A stretch of DNA of 64,000 nt, taken from positions 1,280,001 to 1,344,000 of the forward strand of contig CAWCYI010000006.1 of the NCBI GenBank assembly GCA_963799845.1. Reading direction: 5' to 3'. Under the pieces are notes generated by a model. The model made no database searches and had not been told where the DNA came from. It saw only the letters and a list, made by a program, of their open reading frames with translations. A program made the translations under genes and the position numbers. This stretch comes from an uncultured Nitrososphaerota archaeon (lineage in GTDB: Archaea > Thermoproteota > Nitrososphaeria > Nitrososphaerales > CADDZS01). Shown here in pieces: positions 31,906-41,090 of this stretch (position 1 is the first letter of the stretch; each line of letters begins with the position of its first letter).

Positions 31906-33160
31906 TTACGGCCAGACGCCCAGAGTCTTTATTGCATCGGCCACTCGTCCAATAGAAAGAGCGAGTGCGCCTTCTCTCATTCCAACGCCGTACTTTTCTG
32001 AAGTCTTGTGTACATTTTGGAAAGCGGAGACCATCTTCTGCTCGAGCTTTTCATTAACAACCTTCTCCGTCCAGTGTTCTCTCGTTAGATTTTGGACCCA
32101 TTCAAAATAGCTGACGACGACGCCTCCAGAGTTTGCCAAGATATCTGGCACGATGAAAACATTGTTTCTTGAAAGAATCTTGTCGGCACCAGGAGTGGTC
32201 GGACCGTTGGCTGCTTCGCACACTATTTTCGCTTTCACTTTGGATGCATTTTTCTCTGTTATTGCGTTTTCGAGAGCTGCAGGAATCAGAATGTCTAAAT
32301 CCATTTCCAATAACTCTTCATTCGTTATTTCTTGCGTCCCTTGTAAACCCACTACCGAACCCGTTTTGTCTTTGTGAGATTGAACTTTGTCGGGATCAAG
32401 AGCCGTAGTAGATTTGATTCCTCCACGGGAATCACTGACCGCCAATACTCTCACGCCCAATTCGTTGAGAAATACAGCGGCCCATGATCCTGCGTTTCCG
32501 TATCCTTGAATCGCAGCAGTCGCGCCCTTCAAGTTGATCATCTTAACCTTGGCCGCTTCGCGAGTGCAGATAACGCAGCCGCGCGCTGTTGAATTGTTTC
32601 TTCCTTCTGACCCTCCTAAAGAAATTGGCTTTCCAGTGACAACTTCAGGAACCTGGTATCCTTTCATCTGGCTGTAAGTATCGAGTATCCAAGCCATTAT
32701 CTGCGAGTCGGTGTAAACATCGGGAGCGGGAACATCTTTGTGGGGACCTATGAACTCCGATATTGCAGACGCATATCTGCGCGTCAGCCTCTCCTTTTCG
32801 CCAGGGGACATGTTTTTGGGATCGCAGATTACTCCTCCTTTTGCGCCTCAGTAAGGAATATCGACAACAGCGCATTTCCAGGTCATCCATGTCGCGAGTG
32901 CCTTAACTTCGTCAAGAGTAACATTTGGATGATACCTAATTCCTCCTTTGAATGGTCCCCTCGCGTCCATATACTGGACGCGATAACCTTGAAAATTCTT
33001 GACCTTACCGTCGTCCATCTTGACTGGCAAAGAGACGGAGAGGATTCTCTTAGGCTGTGAAAGAACCTCAACAACATCAGAATCCAGATTGATCAGCTTG
33101 GCAGTATCACTTCAGCTGTCTCATCGCGTTCCCGTACGGATTTAGTTCAGTGCTTGACAA
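31906..33160 (-). pseudogene. gdhA: Glu/Leu/Phe/Val dehydrogenase (glutamate dehydrogenase), interrupted by a frameshift (about 33113) and an in-frame TGA (32848-32850)
   Basis: GPFKGGIRYHP, MTWKCA, PY*GAKGG, DVPAPD, VTGKP, GYGNAG, EAANGP and PDILANSGGV. May be intact if both lesions are read errors. Confidence 0.85.
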
Positions 33161-33862
33161 TAATTCTCGATCTCGCTCTCAGCTAAAATTCAGATACTTA
33201 ATGAAAGATGTACAATACGTTAAGCTAGGTTATTTAACCAGGACTATATTCAGCTCAGTTGGCAATATCGAGAGCTTTATTAATCATCCTATGAAAGTGA
33301 CGCTCAGATATTTTGTCTAAGAATTGACTTTCGTCTGAAACTTTGAGATGTTTGTCGCCCATTTTCACCTCTATTGGATCTAAGTACCTGAGCCTTTGCG
33401 TTCACGGGCTTTGAATCAACAATGATGAAATTTTTTATGAATTCACTTGTGACGAATCCTTTAGTTCTACCGAATGGATCTCCCTCGATAAAATTCAGTA
33501 GATGCGCGAATCTGCTTCTTGGGAATGGTTTGGTGATGTTGCTTATGGCAGACATGAGCCTGATGTTAGATCGCAGGTGTGGGTGGTATCCGGTCGAATT
33601 CGAGCAGCTCGGGCACGTGGTAAATTGCATCGGGTCGATCTCGATAGATCCCCCTTGCAACTTTAACCTTCATCAACGGCTGAGTTTTATCCTTGATTTC
33701 GAGAAGCCCGCCGTAAACGCCGTTGAAGTACTCCATTCGACTCATGTTATTTGCTGTATTTGGTGTTTCAGGGGTTTTGGTGAAGTCGAACTCAATTATC
33801 TCGTATTCGCCCACCTTGTTTCGTCCCTGAACCTTCTGCCCCGGCTTGTTTCCAAGCCTGCC

Positions 33863-34200
33863 CTAAGGCTCGTTAACTGCTCTGATTGTTGATTCGCTGA
33901 GAGCAACCTCGTTCATTTCACAAATTCCCTTTATCGGACGGAGATACCCTCTTACTGTATCATCTTCCTTTTTTCCTGCATCGACACGAGCCTGCTCTTT
34001 CACAAACCAATTCTTAATGGTCTCATACACCCATTGGGGATCTTTCTTAGCCTTGGCGATGAATTCTTTCGCTTGGATTCGAAGGATCCTCTTCTTCGCC
34101 TGCTGAATATTTCTCTTATTCTCCTGATAGTTGCCATCAATGGACTCGGATATTTCCACATGTGTGATTATTTGAGTCCGACCATAAAAGACCCTGAAAA
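33863..34200 (-). pseudogene. N-terminal remnant of a thaumarchaeal-type tyrosine integrase
   Basis: QAKEFIAKAKKDPQWVYETI...ARVDAGK...TVRGYLRPIKGICEMNEV resembles the N-terminal core-binding domain of archaeal integrases (from recall). No catalytic domain follows. It abuts a tRNA 3'-end fragment. Confidence 0.6.
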
Positions 34201-34202
34201 GA

Positions 34203-34223
34203 GGGCCGCCGGTGGGATTTGCA
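34203..34223 (-). mobile_element. att-like core: 3' end of a tRNA (T-loop, 3' T-stem, 3' acceptor strand)
   Basis: The minus strand reads TGCAAAT CCCAC CGGCGGC CC. The 5' T-stem partner (GTGGG) and the rest of the tRNA are absent. Discriminator C suggests tRNA-His (inference). Confidence 0.62.
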
Positions 34224-34270
34224 CTCGATAACAGGGTTTTTCACAACAAACTAGAACAAATCGACAGATT

Positions 34271-34622
34271 TCACCACTTGAAGAAATATCCTCTTCTTCT
34301 GAGCTCGGAATCCAGTTCCTCTTTTCTCGATCGAACAAGCCGCGCAGCGTCGAGCATACTCAGCTTCTGACCAGTTCCTCAATTCCTCCGGAGTCAAGAC
34401 ACGGTTACACAGCGGATTTTCCGAGCTATCATCAAGAAACTCATCCATCTTTCGCCCTTCCTTCATACCAGACCGTGTCTTGACAAACTCTGCTAGCGCA
34501 ATACGAAATACACTCGTAATATCGCGCCCTTCGTTCTTTGCTATACTTAGCGCGGCATCAAGCACAGGTTTGTCTTGCGCTCGCATGTTTACGGGAATTG
34601 TCCATCGCGGCTGTGGCGCCAT
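34271..34622 (-). CDS. Ribbon-helix-helix (CopG-like) DNA-binding protein, frameshift at about 34361
   Basis: TIPVNMRAQDKPVLDAALSIAKNEGRDITSVFRIALAEFV has an RHH pattern. Removing one base at AGCT gives the C-terminus ...LVRSRKEELDSELRRRGYFFKW*. Confidence 0.6.
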
Positions 34623-34708
34623 TTGAACCAAGCACCGTCTCAAACTGGAAGCGATGAATGCGTGCATGTATGCACTGCTGCCGTACCCCTATACCCTGCT
34701 TAGGCGCG

Positions 34709-35245
34709 TCAATTGTTTTTTCCTTCCTCTTCTATCAGGATTGCATCTTCATGAATTGTATACCTCGGGCTCCAATTATTCCCCTCCATCGCTGACCTGA
34801 TTAGTCCCTTCTGCGTTATTCTCCAAATGCCGAGCGGCTTATCTTCACTGACAGCGTAGATTTCCCCCTTCAAAACAAGATTTTTCTTTGCAAACTTGAT
34901 TATGCTGTCAACAATTGTCTTTTTTGATTTCGGATAGCGAGCCCGGCGATCGTCGTCATCGAGCTCGCTGAACCATTTCGAGCTCCTCACCTCTTGTAAG
35001 ACCTGCCTGGTACTCACACCATTGACTGGTGCATTCGATAAGACGCTCAATATTGGGATCTCGCAAGTGCTGGCGGTCTGAGCTTTTGATCTCACCCGAG
35101 TGGTTGTCTTTGCTCTCTTGGCCCGGCTACCTTTCATCGTTTGATTCTCATCTGACTTTGTCTTTTCTATTGGCTGAAGTTCCTTCAAACCTTTTTCAAG
35201 ACATGCGACAGAACTACAGGCTTCCATAAGGGTTGTCGTCTGCAA
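34709..35245 (-). CDS. Stand-alone Mrr N-terminal-like winged-helix protein
   Basis: IPILSVL...STRQVLQEV...DDDRRARYPKSK...IIKFAKKNLVLKGEI...GIWRITQKG follows the Mrr_N pattern. No nuclease domain. Confidence 0.65.
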   Translation of the reverse strand: MQTTTLMEACSSVACLEKGLKELQPIEKTKSDENQTMKGSRAKRAKTTTRVRSKAQTASTCEIPILSVLSNAPVNGVSTRQVLQEVRSSKWFSELDDDDRRARYPKSKKTIVDSIIKFAKKNLVLKGEIYAVSEDKPLGIWRITQKGLIRSAMEGNNWSPRYTIHEDAILIEEEGKNN

Positions 35246-35480
35246 AAACAGACTAGAAGTCTGCGATGTGTCTTGTCGGGCAGATCATCCAGAGCAATAT
35301 TTAGGCTCATCCTGTCATCTCTTACCGCCCATTTGCGGATCAAGTCCTTAGCAGCTTATGCTAAGCATACCTCGTGAGATTCCTATGACTCGAGTACTCT
35401 GCTTTTTCTCAACTTTATAATCAAGTCAATGAAAAAAGAATAAATTACTCTTCGAGTCGGTTCGACGCGCCGATGCATCT

Positions 35481-35696
35481 TTGAGAAAATATCTTTTCAC
35501 AAGTCTAGAGAGAAGGTTGGTGCGTTCCTATCTGAAGAATGGGCGTAGGGACAAGCACTTCAGCGTGTTATTGAGCCTCATCCGCAGAAATCAAAATACT
35601 CTTACAGAGGATTTCAATCTCTTGATAAAAGTTTCAAACAAAGCTGGTCCAGTAAATGGAAAAATGAAGAAGTCTCATTCTCGAAAGAAAGGATAA
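35481..35696 (+). CDS. Small basic hypothetical protein
   Basis: 71-aa ORF MRKYLFTSLERRLVRSYL..., with an AT-rich TTTATAA upstream, inside the mobile-element relic. Confidence 0.45.
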   Translation: MRKYLFTSLERRLVRSYLKNGRRDKHFSVLLSLIRRNQNTLTEDFNLLIKVSNKAGPVNGKMKKSHSRKKG

Positions 35697-35882
35697 CTGC
35701 AATGAATAGAAAATGAATGGTCAGAAATGAAACTGAGAAAATAATCATTCACAGAATTTTTCTGATTAAGAGGAGCATCAAAGTTGTCCTTTGATGATGT
35801 CAACGTAGCTCAGTAGAATCTTAGGTAAATTTCGAAAAGATGCCGGCAATCCATAAATTGGACGAGGTTTAATCCCAATTCA

Positions 35883-36826
35883 ATGTCACTCACTTTTGAA
35901 GGAGCAGAACACTGCTGGATGGATGGCCAGATCATTGATAACAAGAATGCAGTTTGCTCCGTCTTGAGCCCCACCCATCTTGGGATTTTTGAAGGGATAA
36001 GGGCCTACGCGCAGGGAGACATCATGAGTCAGAGTGGGAACATTGCGATATTCAGATGGAACGATCACGTCAAAAGATTATGGCGATCCGCTTCCGTTTC
36101 TTCCATAGAGATTCCAATGAGCAAAGAGCAGTTGCTTGATTATGTCAGAGATACCGTCCGATCAAACAATCTCAAAGGGAACTCGTACATCCAGCCCCGA
36201 ATTTGACCAAAGTATACAAAGTCGGCGGCATGTCAGAAAAGGACGTCCATGTTGTAATCCATGTGATGCCCATGAATACTCTATTGGATAATGGGAATTC
36301 CACATTCATGGACAAGCGCAGCCTACTTGTTTCATCTTGGAGAAGGATTGCCTCGGATGCGCTTCCACCGCAGAATAAGACTTTGGGGAATTACGCAAAC
36401 TCTCGTCTGGGGGAGAACGAAGCAAATCGACTTGGTTACTATGGTTGTCTTTTCTTGGACAACCGAGGATTTGTTTCAGAGGCGGGGTCTACATGCGTGA
36501 TGATGGTCAAGGACGGAGTTCTTTTCACTCCACCCGTCACTGCCTCTATTCTCGATAGCGTAACACGAGATTCTTTGATCACCCTTGCTAGGGAGGATCT
36601 CGGTATTAGGGTAGAAGAGAGAGACATTACTAGAGTCGAGCTTTACGGAATGGATGAGGTATTCCTTTGCGGAACGGGCGGTGAGATTCGCCCTGTTAGT
36701 AGCATAGACGACATACCGCTTGGCTCGGAGTACCCTGGCACAATTACCAAGAAAATTGCTACTCATTACGCGCAGGCCGTAACAGGGAATTTAGAGCATA
36801 GGTCAAACTGGCTCACACCACTGTAG
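35883..36826 (+). CDS. ilvE: Class IV (branched-chain-type) aminotransferase, homopolymer frameshift at about 36202
   Basis: WMDGQI, GIFEGIRAY, FRWNDHVKRL, KTLGNY (PLP Lys), ILDSVTR and DEVFLCGT. Confidence 0.85.
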
Positions 36827-36922
36827 TATTAGATGGCGATCCTCCTGCGAAAAATTGTAGTGTATCACGACTCTTCCATGGAGTACCTCCCGCAGTCATG
36901 CGAGCGGGAGAAAATTAGTCGC

Positions 36923-38068
36923 CTATTTAGACATAGTACTATGGCTTTGAGGTGATTCCATGACGGGTCTCTTCTGCTTTTGAAGCAATCTTACAGGATT
37001 TTCAACTAATGAGGAAATCGTCTCCTTGCTTGGTTCATCGTAGTTTGAGCAATGCATATGGACTACCTTCCAGCCTTGATTGGTTCGCTGGAAGATACAA
37101 GTCGACCTGTTTGATCTTTTATGATGATTTGCGGGAAAGTCGACATCGAATAACATTACAAAAGTGGCGTAAGCTACGTCTCCGTGAACGTGTACTTCGA
37201 GATCCTTCAAGCTTCGATTCTTCTTGAAAGAGGTTTGCTTTTCAAAATAACTTCGGGATTGTAATTCATCCCGACCAAGAGAGGGGAATATTGGTTCATC
37301 TGAATAACAGCTGAATTCTTTGCTGTGCAGCGATGTAGAGAAAGAATGGAAGTCCCTATTGTTGAGTCCTTCGATCAGGGTGAAGACAAGTTCACGAATT
37401 TCTTCCCGTTTAGTCGATCTTGTTCTCTTTTTTGTATTTCTTTTCCCATCGGAGCTCGGATACAGTCTCTGTAATTCTCTAACCCCCATTCCAGAGCTAA
37501 CGACTAATTTGGCGGTGTTCCATCTATCCTCGGCATCTTCAATCCTATTCAGAATTCTAGCATGATTTTCGGTGAGAAGTGACAAAACTCTCAATTGTTC
37601 GTCTCTTGGAGCAACTGAGTCAGAGAACAAATGAAGCATAGCGACGTGTTGTGACACAAACGCACGGGATCTACCGATGAGATCGCCTAATTGATCATAA
37701 CTGCTTCCAGTGGTTTTGTGCAACTTGTCCAAGATTAGTGCTTTTTCGTAATCCGTGAATCCTTTCCTGTCGACATTTTCTGAAAACGCCATCATTAACG
37801 CTTCAGAATCTGAAGCTTCTACAATGTTCGCATTTATCGACTTCCATCCCAATTTTTTGGCGGCTGATAATCTTCGGTATCCAAATATTAACTCAAATTC
37901 GAACGAAGTCGACTTGGAAGGCCTCACGAGGATGGGCGCAAGCTGTCCAAGCTTTGACAAGGATGTGTATAGATCGTCTGCTTCCGATTCGCTTTCAACT
38001 CGACTTTCTAAGAATGGACGTATAGATTCGACAGGAACCTCTAACATTACTTGTTTTTTGCGAGTCAA
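36923..38068 (-). CDS. ParB CTPase-fold and HTH protein fused to a C-terminal SnoaL/NTF2-like domain
   Basis: LGQLAPILVRP, FGYRRLSAA, ENVDRKGFTDYEKA and HTH YDQLGDLIGRSRAFVSQH. C-terminal EIRELV...LNNRD...DLEVHVHGDVAYATF...RSTCIFQRTNQGWKVVHMHCS is a SnoaL_3/DUF4440-like pattern. Alternative start ATG 38047. Confidence 0.85.
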   Translation of the reverse strand: MTRKKQVMLEVPVESIRPFLESRVESESEADDLYTSLSKLGQLAPILVRPSKSTSFEFELIFGYRRLSAAKKLGWKSINANIVEASDSEALMMAFSENVDRKGFTDYEKALILDKLHKTTGSSYDQLGDLIGRSRAFVSQHVAMLHLFSDSVAPRDEQLRVLSLLTENHARILNRIEDAEDRWNTAKLVVSSGMGVRELQRLYPSSDGKRNTKKRTRSTKREEIRELVFTLIEGLNNRDFHSFSTSLHSKEFSCYSDEPIFPSLGRDELQSRSYFEKQTSFKKNRSLKDLEVHVHGDVAYATFVMLFDVDFPANHHKRSNRSTCIFQRTNQGWKVVHMHCSNYDEPSKETISSLVENPVRLLQKQKRPVMESPQSHSTMSK

Positions 38069-38087
38069 TGCTTTTATTTATGTTGAT

Positions 38088-38105
38088 TGTTCACGCGCGT
38101 GAACA
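38088..38105. promoter_or_regulatory. Perfect 18-bp palindrome TGTTCACGCGCGTGAACA (parS-like operator)
   Basis: Read directly from the sequence. It lies in the divergent promoter, 20 nt upstream of the ParB-SnoaL ORF and next to its TATA-like A/T tract (38072-38081). Confidence 0.7.
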
Positions 38106-38265
38106 TGTATACTCTAATGGAATGTTCTCAAGTGTAAGATTAGATCTGATAACATGCTAAAGATTGACAATTATTTTCATCTTTATTTTATAACACAATC
38201 GATAGGAGCATTTTGCAATTCTTATCTAAATTCGTTTCCGTTTCGTGACTAGGGAGTTCATCCGT

Positions 38266-39393
38266 ATGAAGATCAAAGAGGTTGAGGCAGTTGGAGTAGA
38301 ATGCAAGCTGGAGGGATTTATGCATCCTACTCGCAGATATCTATTGGCAAAAATTACCACTGACGACGGTCTTGTCGGATGGGGTCAATGTGGAACAACA
38401 GGAGCTCCAGAAGTAGCTCTAATGTTGCTTAACCGGCTCAGACCTTTACTAATCGGAGAAGATCCCTTCGACAGGCCGAAAATCTGGGAGAGTTGGCTAA
38501 ATTCTCCGCTTGCTACTCTATCAGAAGGACACAAGGGTGCAGAATCATTTGCAATTAGCGGCGTCGATATTGCTCTTTGGGATATACTAGGAAAGGCTTG
38601 CAACAAGCCCATTCACAAACTTATTGGCGGATTCCGTGATAAAATTCGGTTGTACGCAAGTCATGGTGATCCGGATAATTTTCAACTTTATCTCGACTAT
38701 GGATTCACAGGATTCAAAATTGGCATATCTCATCCTGGCATATTTCCAGGAAAAGTTGGAACTGCCGCTGAACTAGATGTCACGCTAAAGCAGCTAAGGG
38801 ACATAATTGGTTATAAGAATGATCTGATGGTAGACGCTTGGCAGGGATTCTCACTATCCGAGGCAATTCGAGTTGCAAAGGTCCTTGAAAAATACGAAAT
38901 TACATGGTTTGAGGAGCCTATCTTGTCTTATGATTTCGATGGTCTAGCAATCATTTCTCGAAGTACGACAGTTCCAATAGCTGCTGGGGAGCACCAATAC
39001 ATGAACAGAGAAGCTGCTGACCTGATTTTAAAGAGCGGGATTCAGCTAGTCCAGTGCGATCCTGTCAGCTGCGGTGGAATCTCAGAATCGTACAAGATTG
39101 CTTCTATAGCTCAATCAAGGGGAGTAAAATACCAGCCTCATTGCACTGAAACCCCTCTGAATTTTGCAGCTGTAATGCAAGTCATGGCTTCTACGCCTAA
39201 TTCGTTTCTCGCGGAGTGGCAGGTAGGTCATGGAATGGGAGTCAAGTATGGAGAAGAGCTTCCTCTCCGATGGGAATTAATCAAACAACCATTTTCGGTT
39301 CGAAATGGGTGGGTAGACGTTCCCAAAGGACCTGGTCTAGGAATTGAGATTGACGAAAAGGCACTAAGAAAATTTGAATGGAAGATTTTCTAG
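38266..39393 (+). CDS. Mandelate racemase/muconate-lactonizing (enolase superfamily) enzyme
   Basis: AISGVDIALWDILGKA, FKIG, metal ligands LMVDA/WFEEP/AAGE, PHC and PKGPGLGIE. Confidence 0.9.
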   Translation: MKIKEVEAVGVECKLEGFMHPTRRYLLAKITTDDGLVGWGQCGTTGAPEVALMLLNRLRPLLIGEDPFDRPKIWESWLNSPLATLSEGHKGAESFAISGVDIALWDILGKACNKPIHKLIGGFRDKIRLYASHGDPDNFQLYLDYGFTGFKIGISHPGIFPGKVGTAAELDVTLKQLRDIIGYKNDLMVDAWQGFSLSEAIRVAKVLEKYEITWFEEPILSYDFDGLAIISRSTTVPIAAGEHQYMNREAADLILKSGIQLVQCDPVSCGGISESYKIASIAQSRGVKYQPHCTETPLNFAAVMQVMASTPNSFLAEWQVGHGMGVKYGEELPLRWELIKQPFSVRNGWVDVPKGPGLGIEIDEKALRKFEWKIF

Positions 39394-39546
39394 GCAATCT
39401 GTTTATGAAGTATAAAGAAGAATCAAACTAATGATCTCAATTACATTTCTGAGTTTATTCACTTTTTTTGGAGGCAAGGTCGATCCAGAATAGACCTCGC
39501 TCCGAATTTTTTGTAAACCAAAAGTTTTCCGTGAGGGTTAGAGAAG

Positions 39547-41010
39547 TTGAAAACAAATTTCAAGTTCCGAATGTATGAGAAGCTTCAGAAGGAATATCCC
39601 GAGATAATTTCCGAAGCAAAGAGGGTGCCGGAGGAAATTGGAATGCCAGATTCTTTGAAAGGTAAGATAGGGCTTACTGGAGCAATTTCAGGCATGCCTC
39701 GTGTCCTCGGCAAGGATGTTAGAGATGCGATAGAAGTTGCGCATCGGCAACCCATGCCGTTAAGCGGTCTCGTCGACCAAATCCGGGAGTTGGTTAAGGG
39801 TTTTTACGGAGATGAATATGACGCAGTCCCGGCGAATACCTGCGAATCGGCACTCTGTCTATCTTTTGATGTACTTGCTGCTCCGCCAATGCAAGGCAGG
39901 GGAGATAACTATCGAACTAGATACGTTACACTTTACGAGAAGCATCTCTTCCATCAGGGAGCTTACGGGAGACCATTCCCTCCCAAATACAAGGATGTTT
40001 TTTCGGACGCGGGAGTAACTTCAGGAGAATTTTCTTCCGCAGGAAAGAGACTAAACAATCTCGATACAGTGGTTGTTCCGCTGATCGGAGCAAGATATGA
40101 TGTACATGGGATAAAGTATTGCCCCACTATGTTATTAGAAAATGTTGACGCTAAAGCCTCCGCAGAAAAGATCGCAGAAGTGGCAGATAGAAATTCAGCT
40201 TTCGTTTCCGCATTTTCTACTCTTACGATGGATACGCCGGGTTACGGACGGAGAGAGAAAGACAGCGCGGGCGCCTCGATCCTCGAGAAGATGATAAGCA
40301 AAGTCGCCCAAAGGTATGATGTTCCTTACATTACTGATAATGCAACTGGACTGCCCTTCATTGGTAACGATTTGAGAAAGACCGATTGTGACCTGATGCT
40401 ATACAGTATGGACAAGGACGCTCTGAGTCCGACGAGCGGATTGATCATCGGAAAAGAGGAGTATATGGTGCCTCTTCGTAAGGCAATGGGTTTCCACAGT
40501 AATCGTTACGGGACAATCTCTGCGTATGGTAAAGCCGCATATTCTTCATTCGATCCTGGGAAGACCGGCCTCGTGGGGCAAATTGCAGCCCTGAAGGCTC
40601 TCAGAGACAAGCGTTCGCTAATAATTAGGTGGACCGATAAAGTGTACGAGATAACTATGGAAGAATTTGCCAAGATTAATCCCAAACTTGGAAAGGGAAT
40701 CGAGGTTACAAAATCTTACAATTTTGGCGGAGTCGAAGTTAACTATGCAAAAACTTGGATAGACGGAGAAATTGGGATACCAATGTTCAGCAGCGAAGAC
40801 ATCTTCGCTGGCGTAGATCCTTTATTCAACGGGTTTTTGGAGATGGGAATAGGACCGACACCTGTTTCGAGCGGAAATTTTGTCGTAATGCCCGGGTTTG
40901 GAACCCTTGACGACACGTATGGTCTATTGGAGGAAAATATGAGATACGCCTTAAAAGCTATGGTTAAGATGCTTGAAATTATCAGCAAGCATGCGGGCAC
41001 GTTGGACTAG
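39547..41010 (+). CDS. Uncharacterised fold-type I PLP-dependent protein (SelA-like)
   Basis: YITDNA (PLP Asp) and YSMDK-x4-PTSGLIIGK resemble the SelA-family PLP-Lys motif. Confidence 0.6.
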   Translation: MKTNFKFRMYEKLQKEYPEIISEAKRVPEEIGMPDSLKGKIGLTGAISGMPRVLGKDVRDAIEVAHRQPMPLSGLVDQIRELVKGFYGDEYDAVPANTCESALCLSFDVLAAPPMQGRGDNYRTRYVTLYEKHLFHQGAYGRPFPPKYKDVFSDAGVTSGEFSSAGKRLNNLDTVVVPLIGARYDVHGIKYCPTMLLENVDAKASAEKIAEVADRNSAFVSAFSTLTMDTPGYGRREKDSAGASILEKMISKVAQRYDVPYITDNATGLPFIGNDLRKTDCDLMLYSMDKDALSPTSGLIIGKEEYMVPLRKAMGFHSNRYGTISAYGKAAYSSFDPGKTGLVGQIAALKALRDKRSLIIRWTDKVYEITMEEFAKINPKLGKGIEVTKSYNFGGVEVNYAKTWIDGEIGIPMFSSEDIFAGVDPLFNGFLEMGIGPTPVSSGNFVVMPGFGTLDDTYGLLEENMRYALKAMVKMLEIISKHAGTLD

Positions 41011-41090
41011 GTAAATCAACTTCGAATAGATGAAAGATTAGCGAATATATGATATCGAACGTAAAGTCATTTTCATTCTCTCTTCTAACC

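Noticed and set aside
23879-32850. TGA recoded as Gly (two TGAs at conserved Gly positions)
   Set aside because: Many intact genes here end in TGA (for example 4283, 9560, 53184), and long ORFs need no readthrough. One of the two sites is in a decayed fragment.
33304-33892. Overlapping ORFs 33304..33660, 33566..33814 and 33422..33892
   Set aside because: No recognisable family motifs. Probably decayed cargo; I cannot support a call.
34203-34226. Complete tRNA gene
   Set aside because: Only the T-loop and 3' strand are present; there is no D arm, anticodon arm or 5' acceptor strand.
8646-38068. Chromosome or plasmid partitioning locus
   Set aside because: No ParA/SegA ATPase, replication initiator or origin features in the window.
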